DNA from: an uncultured Mediterraneibacter sp.
GTDB taxonomy: Bacteria > Bacillota > Clostridia > Lachnospirales > Lachnospiraceae
NCBI GenBank assembly: GCA_964548625.1
Contig: CAZJRY010000002.1
Coordinates: 28,206-92,205, forward strand
Direction of reading: 5' to 3'
Length of the DNA stretch: 64,000 nucleotides
The position numbers were made by a program, and so were the translations under genes. Shown one piece after another: positions 10,461 through 21,265 of the stretch (positions are counted from its first letter, which is position 1; each line of letters starts with the position of its first letter). The notes beneath the pieces were generated by a model that saw only the letters and a list, made by a program, of their open reading frames with translations, had not been told where the DNA came from and ran no database searches.

Positions 10461-10536
10461 TCTGTCATCGCATATAGGTTATAATACCATATCTGAGAGT
10501 CAATCTCAATACATGATATCCTTTTAACAAGCAAAG

Positions 10537-11166
10537 CTATTCTTCTATGCACTCCAGTTTGCTGACAGAAACTTCATACGCCGTACGCGTCTCAGTCTCC
10601 GTCTCAGAGAGTTTCTTTACATACTCACGGCTCTGGATGCGCCCGAGAACCCTCACATGTTCTCCCACTTCAAAGCCTGACGCATACCTCGCGTTCCTCC
10701 CCCAGCAGATACACGGAATATAATCCGATTTTCCATAGGGTCTGTTGACCGCCAGCAGCAGATCCGCGATCTCCCTTCCGAGCGGCGTCTTACGGTACAC
10801 CGGCCGCTTGCACATATATCCTTCGAGCAGGATATGATTGGTCCTTGCTCCGTCCGGTTCTTCTTCCACAAACTCGATCTCCCGAGCAAATACCGAGAGA
10901 ACAAGCCGGTTCCTCTGTTCCTCGTGACGGTTGTACGAGCGGAACTGCCCCGTTACCATAATACAGCGGTTTCTGTAATCCTGTGATACGTCGATCAGCC
11001 GCTCCGACACCATGACCGGAATCCTGTCATTTGAACTGCTCAGTCTTCTGACAAGGATGTCTGTCATATAGAATCCTTCCCCGAACACTTCGTGGCTGTA
11101 TGTAAATTCCGATACCACCGTTCCTATGACTGTTACCTGATTGTTCTCAATGATCTTATCTGACAT
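10537..11166 (-). CDS. ssb: Single-stranded DNA-binding protein, clostridial tandem-OB type
   Basis: Two OB-fold-like halves. YRKTPLGREIADLLLAVNRPYGKSDYIPCICWGRNA, GRIQSREY. Confidence 0.88.
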   Translation of the reverse strand: MSDKIIENNQVTVIGTVVSEFTYSHEVFGEGFYMTDILVRRLSSSNDRIPVMVSERLIDVSQDYRNRCIMVTGQFRSYNRHEEQRNRLVLSVFAREIEFVEEEPDGARTNHILLEGYMCKRPVYRKTPLGREIADLLLAVNRPYGKSDYIPCICWGRNARYASGFEVGEHVRVLGRIQSREYVKKLSETETETRTAYEVSVSKLECIEE

Positions 11167-11380
11167 AATCTGTAGTTCTCCCTTCCTCTTTCTGGTATTT
11201 TTGAGTCAGTACTAAATCTATGAAATAATATCATTATTTAGAACCTTACAGGCAGAAGAACCGTTCGACCTTTTTTTACATTTCGGGCACTTGTCAAATG
11301 TGTATTTTGTGATAGAATAAGAAAGTTGCAACTGTATGGGCTTTGATTATATTGTAATAAGAAAGAGTGTGTAGATATTT

Positions 11381-13207
11381 ATGAAAACAAAGCGTGAAGA
11401 TGTAAGAAATATTGCCATTATTGCTCATGTTGACCACGGCAAGACAACTCTTGTCGACGAACTGTTAAAGCAAAGCGGCGTATTCCGCGAGAATCAGGAA
11501 GTCGCGGAACGCGTCATGGATTCCAACGACATCGAGCGGGAGAGAGGTATTACGATACTCTCCAAAAACACGGCGGTCCGCTACAAAGGTGTAAAGATCA
11601 ACATCATCGACACGCCCGGCCACGCCGACTTCGGCGGCGAGGTGGAGCGTGTCCTGAAGATGGTAAACGGCGTTATCCTTGTGGTAGACGCTTTTGAGGG
11701 GGCAATGCCACAGACAAAATTCGTTCTCAGGAAGGCGCTTGAATTAAGTCTCCCTGTTATTGTATGCATCAACAAGATCGACCGGCCGGAAGCACGTCCT
11801 GAGGAAGTTATCGACGAGGTGCTGGAGCTCTTCATCGATCTGGGCGCTTCCGACGAACAGCTTGAATGCCCGTTCGTCTACGCTTCTGCCAAAGCAGGCG
11901 TGGCCGTACTCGATCTTACCGATGAAGAACGTGATATGAAGCCGCTCTTCGAGACGATCCTCGACTACATCCCGGCTCCCGAAGGCGATCCGGACGCTCC
12001 GACACAGGTTCTCATCAGTACGATCGACTATAACGAATACATAGGCCGCATCGGTATCGGCAAAGTAGATAACGGAACTATTGCCGTCAATCAGGAAATG
12101 GTTCTCGTAAACCATCATGATCCGGATAAACAGAAAAAAGTAAAGATCAGCCGGCTCTATGAATTCGACGGTCTGGAGAAAACAGAAGTCAGACAGGCGA
12201 CTGTCGGTTCCATCGTAGCGATCTCCGGTATCTCCGATATTTCCATCGGCGATACGCTCTGTTCTGCCGAGAATCCCGAACCGATCCCGTTCCAGAAGAT
12301 CTCGGAGCCTACCATCGCAATGCAGTTTATCGTAAACGACAGTCCTTTCGCCGGTCAGGAAGGGAAATATGTGACTTCCCGGCATCTGAGAGACAGACTG
12401 TTCCGCGAGCTCAACACTGATGTCAGCCTGCGTGTGGAAGAGACGGACAATACGGACAGCTTCAAAGTATCCGGGCGAGGAGAGCTCCATCTCTCCGTCC
12501 TCATTGAAAATATGCGCAGGGAAGGATATGAATTTGCGGTCAGCAAGGCAGAGGTTCTCTATAAGACAGATGAAAACGGAAAGAAGCTGGAGCCTATGGA
12601 GCTGGCATACATTGATGTGCCGGATGAATTTACCGGCGTCGTGATCGAAAAACTCGGTCAGAGAAAAGGCGAACTCCGGAACATGGGAACTACGGGAGGC
12701 GGTTACACACGTCTGGAGTTTTCCATACCGTCCAGAGGGCTTATCGGCTACCGCGGAGAATTTCTGACCGACACAAAAGGAAACGGGATCCTGAATACAA
12801 GTTTTGACGGATACGCGCCGTATAAAGGAGATATTCAGTACCGCAAGCAGGGATCGCTGATCGCGTTTGAGGCGGGAGAAGCCGTCACTTACGGTCTGTA
12901 CGGCGCGCAGGAACGCGGCACATTGTTTATCGGTCCGGGCGAACGGGTATACGCGGGCATGGTCATCGGACAGAACGGCAAAGCCGAGGACATAGAGCTC
13001 AATGTCTGCAAGACAAAACATCTGACAAACACCCGCTCGTCGAGCGCTGACGAGGCGCTGCGCCTTACGCCGCCGCGGATCCTGAGTCTGGAGCAGGCGC
13101 TCGACTTTATCGACACGGACGAGCTGCTCGAAGTGACGCCGGAAAACCTGCGCATCCGTAAAAAAATCCTTGATTCCAGGATGCGTAAAAGAAGCAGCAT
13201 GAAATAA
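11381..13207 (+). CDS. typA: Translational GTPase TypA/BipA
   Basis: AHVDHGKTT, RGITIL, DTPGHADF, NKID, GRGELHL, C-terminal KTKHLTNTRS...EVTP. Confidence 0.98.
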   Translation: MKTKREDVRNIAIIAHVDHGKTTLVDELLKQSGVFRENQEVAERVMDSNDIERERGITILSKNTAVRYKGVKINIIDTPGHADFGGEVERVLKMVNGVILVVDAFEGAMPQTKFVLRKALELSLPVIVCINKIDRPEARPEEVIDEVLELFIDLGASDEQLECPFVYASAKAGVAVLDLTDEERDMKPLFETILDYIPAPEGDPDAPTQVLISTIDYNEYIGRIGIGKVDNGTIAVNQEMVLVNHHDPDKQKKVKISRLYEFDGLEKTEVRQATVGSIVAISGISDISIGDTLCSAENPEPIPFQKISEPTIAMQFIVNDSPFAGQEGKYVTSRHLRDRLFRELNTDVSLRVEETDNTDSFKVSGRGELHLSVLIENMRREGYEFAVSKAEVLYKTDENGKKLEPMELAYIDVPDEFTGVVIEKLGQRKGELRNMGTTGGGYTRLEFSIPSRGLIGYRGEFLTDTKGNGILNTSFDGYAPYKGDIQYRKQGSLIAFEAGEAVTYGLYGAQERGTLFIGPGERVYAGMVIGQNGKAEDIELNVCKTKHLTNTRSSSADEALRLTPPRILSLEQALDFIDTDELLEVTPENLRIRKKILDSRMRKRSSMK

Positions 13208-13327
13208 TCCGTTCGGAAATGATTCGTTCTATACATTATTCTTTTTCCATGTTATAATATTCACATAATACATACACATATTTAACACATGTTTATGTAG
13301 AATATAAACAAAAAGGAGTTGAATCGT

Positions 13328-13885
13328 ATGAATTTTATCATCAGTGGAAAGAACATCGAAGTAACGCAAGGACTCAAAGACGCGATCGAGCAGAAATTGG
13401 GAAAGCTTGAGAGGTACTTCACTCCTGAAACAGAAATTATCGTAACCCTGATCGTGGAAAAAGAACGTCAGAAGATCGAGGTGACGATCCCGGTCAAGGG
13501 AAACATCATCCGCTCGGAACAGACGAGCAGCGATATGTATGTATCGATCGATCTCGTAGAAGAGATCATCGAGCGCCAGCTCCGCAAATACAAAAACAAG
13601 CTGGTTGCAAAGAATCAGGGACACCCCACTTCGGCGGCGCCGACCGGAAGCATCCGCAAAGAGTTCATTGACTCTGATGAGGAATCGCCCGAAGATGGTG
13701 AGATCCGAATCGTGCGTACGAAAAAATTCGGCATCAAGCCGATGTATCCGGAAGACGCCTGCATCCAGATGGAACTTCTGGGACATAACTTCTTTGTTTT
13801 CTCCAATGCCGAGACAGATGAGGTTAATGTAGTATATAAGAGAAAAGACGGTTCCTTCGGACTGATCGAGCCCGAATTTTCATAA
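13328..13885 (+). CDS. hpf: Ribosome hibernation promoting factor (long HPF)
   Basis: ISGKNIEVT, DMYVSID, C-terminal PMYPEDACIQMELLGHNFFVF. AAGGAG RBS. Confidence 0.95.
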   Translation: MNFIISGKNIEVTQGLKDAIEQKLGKLERYFTPETEIIVTLIVEKERQKIEVTIPVKGNIIRSEQTSSDMYVSIDLVEEIIERQLRKYKNKLVAKNQGHPTSAAPTGSIRKEFIDSDEESPEDGEIRIVRTKKFGIKPMYPEDACIQMELLGHNFFVFSNAETDEVNVVYKRKDGSFGLIEPEFS

Positions 13886-13900
13886 TCCGGTTTGTTCAGG

Positions 13901-13956
13901 ACCGCCTGCGGAAACGCGTTTCACAAATGTTTATGAAGCGGTTTTCCGCAGCGGTC
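13901..13956. terminator. Long imperfect hairpin between convergent hpf and yigZ
   Basis: ACCGCCTGCGGAAA...TTTTCCGCAGCGGT followed by T-rich sequence. Confidence 0.65.
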
Positions 13957-13958
13957 TT

Positions 13959-14612
13959 TTATTTTTCACGGATTTCAACCCCGTTCTCCGTTCTGGCAAA
14001 CCAGCATTTTCCCTGTTTCTCCAGTACAGCCTGTCCGTTCGTCCCTTCAAGCACTTCTTTTGTAAATGCCCCCTCTTCCTCTTCCGGGATGACCACAGAG
14101 ATAACCGCCTTATCTGTATAGACTGTATCCAGAATGTCCATTCCTCTCCGGCCGATCAGATACTGTATCCTGCCGAGTCCGGCATAATCTGTGTGAATAT
14201 CCAGTTTAAGCCCCGATATACGGGTAATGATCACAGTATCCGAAAGCGCGGCTGCCGATGCCGATGTGTACGCGCGCACAAGTCCTCCTGTTCCCAGAAG
14301 CGTACCGCCGAAATATCTGGTCACAACAACAAATATGTCCGTTATCCCCCGTCCGCGGATCACCTCCAGGATCGGCTTTCCCGCGGTTCCGGCAGGCTCC
14401 CCGTCATCGCTCATTCTCTCTGAGACAGGGCTGTGTCCGATCACATAGGCCCAGCAGTGATGTCGCGCGTCCCAGTATCTTTTCTTTACGCTCTCCAGAT
14501 GATAAAAAGCCTCTTTTTCACTGGCAGCGGAATATACTTCTGCGATGAAGCGGGATTTTTTCTCCGTATACTCTCCTGTGCCGCCTCTGTATACAGTATC
14601 ATACCTGTCCAT
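13959..14612 (-). CDS. YigZ / IMPACT family protein
   Basis: EKKSRFIA, DARHHCWAY, SDDGEPAGTAG, VVVTRYFGGTLLGTGGLVRAY. Confidence 0.93.
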   Translation of the reverse strand: MDRYDTVYRGGTGEYTEKKSRFIAEVYSAASEKEAFYHLESVKKRYWDARHHCWAYVIGHSPVSERMSDDGEPAGTAGKPILEVIRGRGITDIFVVVTRYFGGTLLGTGGLVRAYTSASAAALSDTVIITRISGLKLDIHTDYAGLGRIQYLIGRRGMDILDTVYTDKAVISVVIPEEEEGAFTKEVLEGTNGQAVLEKQGKCWFARTENGVEIREK

Positions 14613-14763
14613 GATCCTCTCCTTTCATTCCGGGAACATATTTTCAAAAGCCGACGTAACTATGTTATCAAAAAATGGAGAAAATATGAAGATTTTATTT
14701 TTAACTTTATTTATATGCGCATATTTGATATAATCATGGGAGCTGAAAAGGAGGATGTTATTC

Positions 14764-17385
14764 GTGAATTACGGAAAAAGAAACCTTTCCAGAAGAAAAA
14801 AAAATATTTCTTCTAAAAAAAGAATGAAAAAGAAACGTGTAGGCGTACGGTTCTTTAAAGCGCTCATCATCTGTATACTCCTTCTGGGAGTCATATGTAT
14901 CATCGGCGGCGCTGTCATAGTCAAAAAGATCATAGACGACACACCCGCTGTCTCGGCCGAAGATATACTTCCTCAGGGATATACGACTACCATTACCGAT
15001 GAGAGCGGAAACGTGATTGAAACTTTGAGCGACTCAGATTCCAACCGTGTGTATAAGACATACGAAGAGATCACGGCAAATTCCGAGTATCTCCCCCATG
15101 CATTCGTGGCAATTGAGGACGAGCGTTTTTATGAACACAACGGGATCGATCTTCAGGGTATCCTGAGGGCGGGGGTCGTCGGTATTGCCAACGGTTTCAA
15201 TTTTACGGAAGGCGCCAGCACGCTGACCCAGCAGCTGATCAAGAATAACGTGTTTCCGAATTTTGTAAACGAAAACACATTCTTCGAGAAAATCGAGCGA
15301 AAACTTCAGGAGCAGTATCTTGCTCTTCAGATCGAAGAAGAAATGAGCAAAGAAGAAATTCTGGAAGCCTATATGAACACGATCAATCTCGGACAGGGAT
15401 GTCTGGGTGTCCAGACTGCCGCGACCCGCTATTTCAACAAAGATGTGGCGGACCTGACGCTGTCCGAATGTGCGGTTATCGCGGCCATCACGCAGAATCC
15501 CACCGCTTATGATCCGGTGACATATCCGGAGAACAACGCGGAACGCAGGGAAATCGTTCTCGGCAATATGCTGGAACAGGGGTATATCACTCAGGATGAA
15601 TATGACGAAGCCATGGCTGACGACGTGTACGACCGCATCCTTGAGACGGCTGCCACCACCGAAGACGACACGCCATACTCCTATTTTACCGACGCGCTGA
15701 TCGAAGTTGTCATTCAGGATCTCATAGATGAAAAAGGCTATACCGAGACTCAGGCGTACAATCTGCTGTACAGCGGCGGTCTCACCATCGTATCCACGCA
15801 GGATACGTCGATCCAGGAGATCTGCGACGAGGTAACTTCGGACGATGATTATTATCCGGTAACGGAATACGGGATTGAATTCGCCCTGACCGTTTACCGC
15901 GCGGACGGCACAACCGAGAACTACAGCAAGGAGAATCTCAAGACTTTCATCAGTGAGAATTATGATGATACCAATCCGCTCATATTCTCTTCGGAAGAGG
16001 AAGCGGAAGAGATGATCGAAGCGTATAAAGCCACTCTGGATATCGACGAAGACGCCGGAGATACCGTGGATGAAAATTACACGATCACCCTGCAGCCTCA
16101 GGTTTCATTCGTTGTTATGGATCAGTATACCGGAAAGGTCAAGGCTATCGTGGGAGGCCGCGGTGAAAAATCCGCAAACCGGACTTTTAACCGGGCCACC
16201 GAAGATCCCCAGCAGCCCGGTTCCGTTTTCAAGATCCTCTCCACTTACGCGCCCGGCCTGAACGAAGGTATCCTTACACTTGCCGATACAGTCGTGGATG
16301 AGGCGTACGAATATGAGAGCGGACAGGAAGTGACCAATTCCTACAGCGGTTATAAGGGCTCGACAACGATCCGCAACGCGATCCGGGATTCCATAAATAC
16401 AATCGCGGTGCGTACCCTTACGGAAGATGTCGGTGTGAGCACCGGATATGAATATCTTGAGGAATTCGGGTTTACAACCCTCACGGACGATGATATGACA
16501 CAGGCAATGGCGCTTGGCGGAATCACCAACGGCGTCTACAACATCGAACTGACGGCGGCTTTCGCGGCGATCGCGAACGGCGGCACTTACACGGAGCCGA
16601 TCCTTTACACTCAGATTCTCGACCACGACGGCAATGTTCTGATCGACAACAGTACGCCGGCAACACATGAAGTGATCAAGGATTCCACCGCTTATCTGCT
16701 GACAAGCGCGATGGAGGATGTGGTCAGCAGCGGTACAGGTTCCGGCGCAGGTCTGGACGCTATGGCGACAGCCGGCAAGACCGGTTCGACGGATGACTAT
16801 GTGGACCGCTGGTTCGTAGGATACACTCCTTATTATACAGCAGGCATCTGGGGCGGTTATGATGATAACAAATCCATGGACGGATATGGTTCCTGGCATC
16901 TTGCCATCTGGAATGCGATCATGGAACAGATTCATCAGAATCTCGCGGAGGAAGATTTCGAAATGCCGAGCTCGGTGGTCCAGAAGACAGTATGTACAAA
17001 GACCGGACTTTTGGCAGTGAGCAGTTGTTCTTCAAGGACGGAATATTTCGATAAGGACACAGCTCCCACAGAGAGCTGTTCAGGGCATTCAAGTTCCAGC
17101 AGCTCCGGCTCTTCAAGCGGCAGCCGTTCTGATACCGATGACGATGATGACAGCACTGACAGCGGAGGCAGCAGCTCCGGCGACAGCTCCGGCAGTGATT
17201 CCGGCGGCGGCTCCGGCAGTGATTCCGGCGGCGGCTCCGGCAGTGATTCCGGCGGCAGCTCCGGCAGTGATTCCGGCAGCTCCGGCAGTGATTCCGGCAG
17301 CTCCGGCAGTGATTCCGGCAGCTCCGGCAGTGATTCCGGCGGCGGCTCCGGCAGTGATTCCGGCGGCGATTCCACAACAGAGTAA
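14764..17385 (+). CDS. Class A penicillin-binding protein (PBP1A family) with Ser/Gly/Asp-rich tail
   Basis: Transglycosylase motifs EDERFYEHNGID and GASTLTQQLIK. Transpeptidase motifs SVFK, SIN, KTG. GTG start 9 nt after AAGGAGG. Confidence 0.95.
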   Translation: MNYGKRNLSRRKKNISSKKRMKKKRVGVRFFKALIICILLLGVICIIGGAVIVKKIIDDTPAVSAEDILPQGYTTTITDESGNVIETLSDSDSNRVYKTYEEITANSEYLPHAFVAIEDERFYEHNGIDLQGILRAGVVGIANGFNFTEGASTLTQQLIKNNVFPNFVNENTFFEKIERKLQEQYLALQIEEEMSKEEILEAYMNTINLGQGCLGVQTAATRYFNKDVADLTLSECAVIAAITQNPTAYDPVTYPENNAERREIVLGNMLEQGYITQDEYDEAMADDVYDRILETAATTEDDTPYSYFTDALIEVVIQDLIDEKGYTETQAYNLLYSGGLTIVSTQDTSIQEICDEVTSDDDYYPVTEYGIEFALTVYRADGTTENYSKENLKTFISENYDDTNPLIFSSEEEAEEMIEAYKATLDIDEDAGDTVDENYTITLQPQVSFVVMDQYTGKVKAIVGGRGEKSANRTFNRATEDPQQPGSVFKILSTYAPGLNEGILTLADTVVDEAYEYESGQEVTNSYSGYKGSTTIRNAIRDSINTIAVRTLTEDVGVSTGYEYLEEFGFTTLTDDDMTQAMALGGITNGVYNIELTAAFAAIANGGTYTEPILYTQILDHDGNVLIDNSTPATHEVIKDSTAYLLTSAMEDVVSSGTGSGAGLDAMATAGKTGSTDDYVDRWFVGYTPYYTAGIWGGYDDNKSMDGYGSWHLAIWNAIMEQIHQNLAEEDFEMPSSVVQKTVCTKTGLLAVSSCSSRTEYFDKDTAPTESCSGHSSSSSSGSSSGSRSDTDDDDDSTDSGGSSSGDSSGSDSGGGSGSDSGGGSGSDSGGSSGSDSGSSGSDSGSSGSDSGSSGSDSGGGSGSDSGGDSTTE
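17191..17361 (+). repeat. Coding VNTR: 8 copies of GGCAGTGATTCC in 24- and 21-nt units
   Basis: Copies start at 17191, 17215, 17239, 17263, 17284, 17305, 17326 and 17350. They encode GSDSGGGS, GSDSGGSS and GSDSGSS. Confidence 0.95.
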
Positions 17386-17411
17386 AATAAACTGTTATTT
17401 TAAACAGATAA

Positions 17412-17456
17412 AAGAGTCCGTTTCAGAAGTCTGATGAACTTCTGAAACGGACTCTT
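17412..17456. terminator. Bidirectional terminator, perfect 19-bp stem
   Basis: AAGAGTCCGTTTCAGAAGT-ctgatga-ACTTCTGAAACGGACTCTT between convergent PBP1A and glucokinase genes. Confidence 0.85.
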
Positions 17457-17487
17457 CCGTTATAACATATATTCTTTTGTATATGGA

Positions 17488-18426
17488 TCACTTATTGTCC
17501 AATACCAGCTTGGCCGCGCCGCAGATCCCCGCGTCATTTCCAAGCCGGGCAAGAACGAACCTCACATTCCGGTCCGCAAAGAAAGCTCTCTCCATATACG
17601 GCTCTCTTATGTAGGGGATAAGCACTTCTCCTGCTTTTGACACACCTCCGCCGATCACAAACACAGCCGGATCAGTCACTGCCGCAAGATTAGCCAGACC
17701 ATATCCCAGGTATCTTCCGAACGCCGCGGCGATCTCCTTCGCGACTTCATCGCCTTCTTTTACCGCGTCAAATACATCCTTTGCCGTAACGTCCTCTTTA
17801 TTTAAAATAGTAGGACGCATCTCCTGACCAAGCTTCTGCTTCGCCAGCCGCACGATTCCCGTCGCCGATGCATACTGTTCCAGACATCCTTTATTGCCGC
17901 AGCCGCAGCGGTCTGTCTCTTCATAGTTCACGCACAGATGGCCGATCTCGCCTCCCGCTCCATTCGCGCCGACAAGCATCTTGCCATCGATAATGATTCC
18001 GCCTCCAACGCCGGTCCCGAGCGTCACCATGATCATATTCTTCTCGCCTTCGCCGCCGCCCTTCCACATCTCGCCGAGAGCTGCCACATTCGCGTCGTTT
18101 CCTATATATGACGTAAGACCTGTAAGTTCTTCCAGTTCTTTCTTAACTTCCTTGTATGTCCATCCGAGATTCGCGCTTCCGTTCACCACTCCCTCCGCAG
18201 TCACCGGAGCCGGAACCCCCGCGCCGATACCGGCGATTTCGCTCCTGTCCAACTGATGTTCCTCGATCTTCTTTTCAATAGAAGACGCGATGTTCGGAAT
18301 GATCGCCTTTCCTTCCTCGGACGTATCTGTCGTGATCTCCCATTTATCGATAATTATTCCAGACTCATCGAAAAGTCCCATCTTTATCGTAGTTCCGCCT
18401 ATATCCACACCAAAACAATATTTCAT
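17488..18426 (-). CDS. glcK: ROK family glucokinase
   Basis: GVDIGGT, NDANVAALGE, TLGTGVGGG, GEIGH, CGCGNKGCLE. Start at ATG 18426. Confidence 0.93.
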   Translation of the reverse strand: MKYCFGVDIGGTTIKMGLFDESGIIIDKWEITTDTSEEGKAIIPNIASSIEKKIEEHQLDRSEIAGIGAGVPAPVTAEGVVNGSANLGWTYKEVKKELEELTGLTSYIGNDANVAALGEMWKGGGEGEKNMIMVTLGTGVGGGIIIDGKMLVGANGAGGEIGHLCVNYEETDRCGCGNKGCLEQYASATGIVRLAKQKLGQEMRPTILNKEDVTAKDVFDAVKEGDEVAKEIAAAFGRYLGYGLANLAAVTDPAVFVIGGGVSKAGEVLIPYIREPYMERAFFADRNVRFVLARLGNDAGICGAAKLVLDNK

Positions 18427-18446
18427 AGCCAAAGTCTTCCCCCTCA

Positions 18447-19379
18447 TTATTTTTTCTTTTTAGCGATGTTTTCCTGAACTCTCTTATAAAGTTCCGCGGC
18501 CGCATTGTATCCCATCTGTTTCTGCCTGTGGTTGACAGCCGCAGACTCCACGATGATCGCAAGATTTCTGCCGGGACGGATCGGAATGCGGTGGCAGACT
18601 ACTTTATTTCCCAAAAATTCCGTATATTCTTCCTCCAGTCCGAGACGGTCATATTCCTTGTCCCTGTTCCAGTCCTCAAGAGTGATCACAAGGTCAATAT
18701 TCTGCGTCTCTCTTACACTCTGGACACCGAACATGGATCTTACATCCACGATACCGATGCCTCTCAGTTCGATAAAGTGCTTTGTAATGTCCGGAGCAGT
18801 TCCGACCAGAGTCTCATCGCTCACTTTGCGTATCTCAACCACATCGTCCGTCACAAGGCGATGCCCCCTTTTGATCAGCTCCAGCGCGGCCTCGCTTTTT
18901 CCGATCCCGCTCTCGCCCATGATCAGCACGCCCACGCCGTACACGTCGACAAGCACTCCGTGAATGGAAATGCACGGAGCCAGCCGTACGTTCATCCACC
19001 TTATGATCTCCGCCATAAAATCCGAGGTCGGCTTCACCGTATTAAATATCGGCACCTTGTATTCTACCGCCATCTTCAGAAAGTTCTCCTCCGGTACAAT
19101 GTCCCGGCAGAACACAATACACGGAAGCGGATGCTGAAGCAGGGTGCTGAAAGTTTCCTTGCGTTCCGCTTCACTTAACGTCTGTATATATCTGTATTCT
19201 ACATTTCCGATGATCTGTACTCTGTTTGAATCGAAACGATCGTAAAATCCGGTCAGCTGCAGCGCCGGGCGGTTTACGTCCGGAATATCGACTTCCTTCT
19301 CGAACAGATCAACCTCAGGCGTAAGGTTCTTCAGGTTCATCTTTTCTACGATCTCGTTCAGTTTAATCCCTTGTCCCAT
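18447..19379 (-). CDS. hprK: HPr(Ser) kinase/phosphorylase
   Basis: VNRPALQLTG, GESGIGKSE, HRLVTDD, IELRGIGIV, PIRPGRNLA. Confidence 0.97.
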   Translation of the reverse strand: MGQGIKLNEIVEKMNLKNLTPEVDLFEKEVDIPDVNRPALQLTGFYDRFDSNRVQIIGNVEYRYIQTLSEAERKETFSTLLQHPLPCIVFCRDIVPEENFLKMAVEYKVPIFNTVKPTSDFMAEIIRWMNVRLAPCISIHGVLVDVYGVGVLIMGESGIGKSEAALELIKRGHRLVTDDVVEIRKVSDETLVGTAPDITKHFIELRGIGIVDVRSMFGVQSVRETQNIDLVITLEDWNRDKEYDRLGLEEEYTEFLGNKVVCHRIPIRPGRNLAIIVESAAVNHRQKQMGYNAAAELYKRVQENIAKKKK

Positions 19380-19411
19380 AATTTCTCTCCCTGTTTTTTC
19401 TTTTTATCATA

Positions 19412-21265
19412 TCACTGATGAAAGAACTTGTATACAGATTCTGCCGCTTTTTCGTTCATAGACGGTATTTGCGCAAGTTCTTCTTTCGATGCCTTTTTTA
19501 TTTCATCAAGACTCAGATAACGTCTCATCAGCGCTTTCCTCCGCGCCGGCCCGATTCCCTCGATGTCGTCGAGTATGGAATGTACCTGTCCTTTCCCCCT
19601 CAGCTGTCTGTGGTACTCAATGGCAAAGCGGTGCGCCTCATCCTGAATTCTGGTGATCAGACGGAACGCCTCCGAAGACCTGTCGATGGGAATCTCTTCA
19701 TTGTGATAATACAGCCCGCGGGTCCGGTGATGATCATCCTTTACCATACCGCATACCGGAATATCAAGATGCAGTTCGTCAAGCACCCGGAGCGCCACAT
19801 TGACCTGCCCCTTACCGCCGTCCATCATGATCAGATCCGGAAATACAGTGAATTTTCCAAGCTCTTCGTTTTCTTTTCGTTCCCGCAGTCCGTGGGTAAA
19901 ACGCCGGGTCAGCACTTCGCGCATGCTGCCGTAATCATCGGCGCCTCTGATCCCCTTGATCCTGAATTTACGGTAATCATTTCTTTTCGGACGTCCTCTC
20001 TCATAGACGACCATAGAGCCGACAGACTCGAATCCGTTCGTGTTCGATATATCATAGGCCTCCATCCGGACGATCCCGTCCAGGCCGAGCAGTTCCCCGA
20101 TCTCCTTTACCGCGCCGATCGTTCTCCCTTCCTCGCGCCTCAGACGTTCTTTATCCTTGCTCAACACCATCTCGGCATTTTCCCGGGCGAGTTCCATCAG
20201 TTTCTCTTTCGTGCCTTTCTTCGGCACTTTCAGCATTACTTTCTGCCCTCTCTTAGAAGTCAGCCATGTCTCCAGAAGCTCCCGGTCTTCCACTCCGTCC
20301 TGAAGCGTCAGTTCACCCGGGATAAACGGCGTTCCGGCATAATACTGAAGAATAAAACTGTTTAGTATCTCCGAAGTGGTCTCTCCCTTCGTGATACGCA
20401 GGTAAAAGTGATCCCTTCCGATCAGACGTCCTCCCCTGATAAAAAACACCTGAACGACCGCATCTTCTTCCCGGGAAGCGACGGCCAGAACATCCCTGTC
20501 CTCGCCGCTGGAGTCTGTGATCTTCTGCTTCTGAGCCACCTTTTTTACACTGCCGATCAGTTCCCTGTACTCGATCGCCCGCTCAAATTCCATAGCTTCG
20601 GAAGCAGCGTTCATCTTCTCTTCCAGTTCTCCCAGAACCGTATCATAGTTTCCGTTCAGGAACCTGATGACTTCATTTACCGCTTTTCCGTATTCCTCCC
20701 GGGAAATATATCCCTGACAGGGAGCGTCGCACTGCCTGATATGATAGTTCAGACAGGGTCTCTCCTTCCCGATATCCCTTGGAAGGCTCCGGCTGCAGTT
20801 TCTCAGGTGATACAGTTTATGGATCAGATCGATCGTATCCCTGACCGCCTGAGAACTTGTATAAGGCCCGAAATACCGGGCCTTGTCCTTAAGTATCTTT
20901 CGCGACAGCACTACCCTCGGAAAAGCTTCGTTTGTCGTCACCTTGATGAACGGATAGGTCTTGTCATCCATGAGCATCGTGTTGTATTTCGGATGATGTT
21001 CCTTGATCAGATTGCATTCCAGGACAAGAGCTTCCAGTTCGGAATCCGTCACGATGTATTCAAACCGGCGGATATGCGTCACCATCTGTTCGATCTTGAC
21101 GCCCTTGTTCCTGCTGCTCTGGAAATACTGCCGCACCCGGTTCTTCAGGCTGACCGCCTTACCGACATAAATAATATGTTCATTCTCGTCGCGCATGATA
21201 TAGACGCCGGGTCTGCCCGGCAATTTCTTTAATTCTTCCCGGATATCAAAATTATTATTCTCCAT
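19412..21265 (-). CDS. uvrC: Excinuclease ABC subunit C
   Basis: GIY-YIG motif (PGVYIM...IYVGKA), [21 protein letters not shown]-like segment, C-terminal HhH. Confidence 0.98.
   Translation of the reverse strand: MENNNFDIREELKKLPGRPGVYIMRDENEHIIYVGKAVSLKNRVRQYFQSSRNKGVKIEQMVTHIRRFEYIVTDSELEALVLECNLIKEHHPKYNTMLMDDKTYPFIKVTTNEAFPRVVLSRKILKDKARYFGPYTSSQAVRDTIDLIHKLYHLRNCSRSLPRDIGKERPCLNYHIRQCDAPCQGYISREEYGKAVNEVIRFLNGNYDTVLGELEEKMNAASEAMEFERAIEYRELIGSVKKVAQKQKITDSSGEDRDVLAVASREEDAVVQVFFIRGGRLIGRDHFYLRITKGETTSEILNSFILQYYAGTPFIPGELTLQDGVEDRELLETWLTSKRGQKVMLKVPKKGTKEKLMELARENAEMVLSKDKERLRREEGRTIGAVKEIGELLGLDGIVRMEAYDISNTNGFESVGSMVVYERGRPKRNDYRKFRIKGIRGADDYGSMREVLTRRFTHGLRERKENEELGKFTVFPDLIMMDGGKGQVNVALRVLDELHLDIPVCGMVKDDHHRTRGLYYHNEEIPIDRSSEAFRLITRIQDEAHRFAIEYHRQLRGKGQVHSILDDIEGIGPARRKALMRRYLSLDEIKKASKEELAQIPSMNEKAAESVYKFFHQ

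Noticed and set aside
10394-10536. Lysine riboswitch upstream of dapB
   Set aside because: The gap is only about 140 nt including the promoter, and no riboswitch core is recognisable.
14634-14645. LexA-like box GAAC-ATAT-TTTC upstream of yigZ
   Set aside because: A single mismatched copy in AT-rich DNA with no known SOS link, so chance is likely.
17191-17361. Regular repeats as a possible CRISPR array
   Set aside because: The units are contiguous, in-frame multiples of 3, with no unique spacers and no cas genes.
16919-17434. Repetitive ORFs RRNHC..., PESLPE... and PAVIPAAA...
   Set aside because: They are alternative-frame readings of the PBP1A VNTR. The same applies to 47144..47425 and 48523..49027 over the acidic and Ser/Gly tails.
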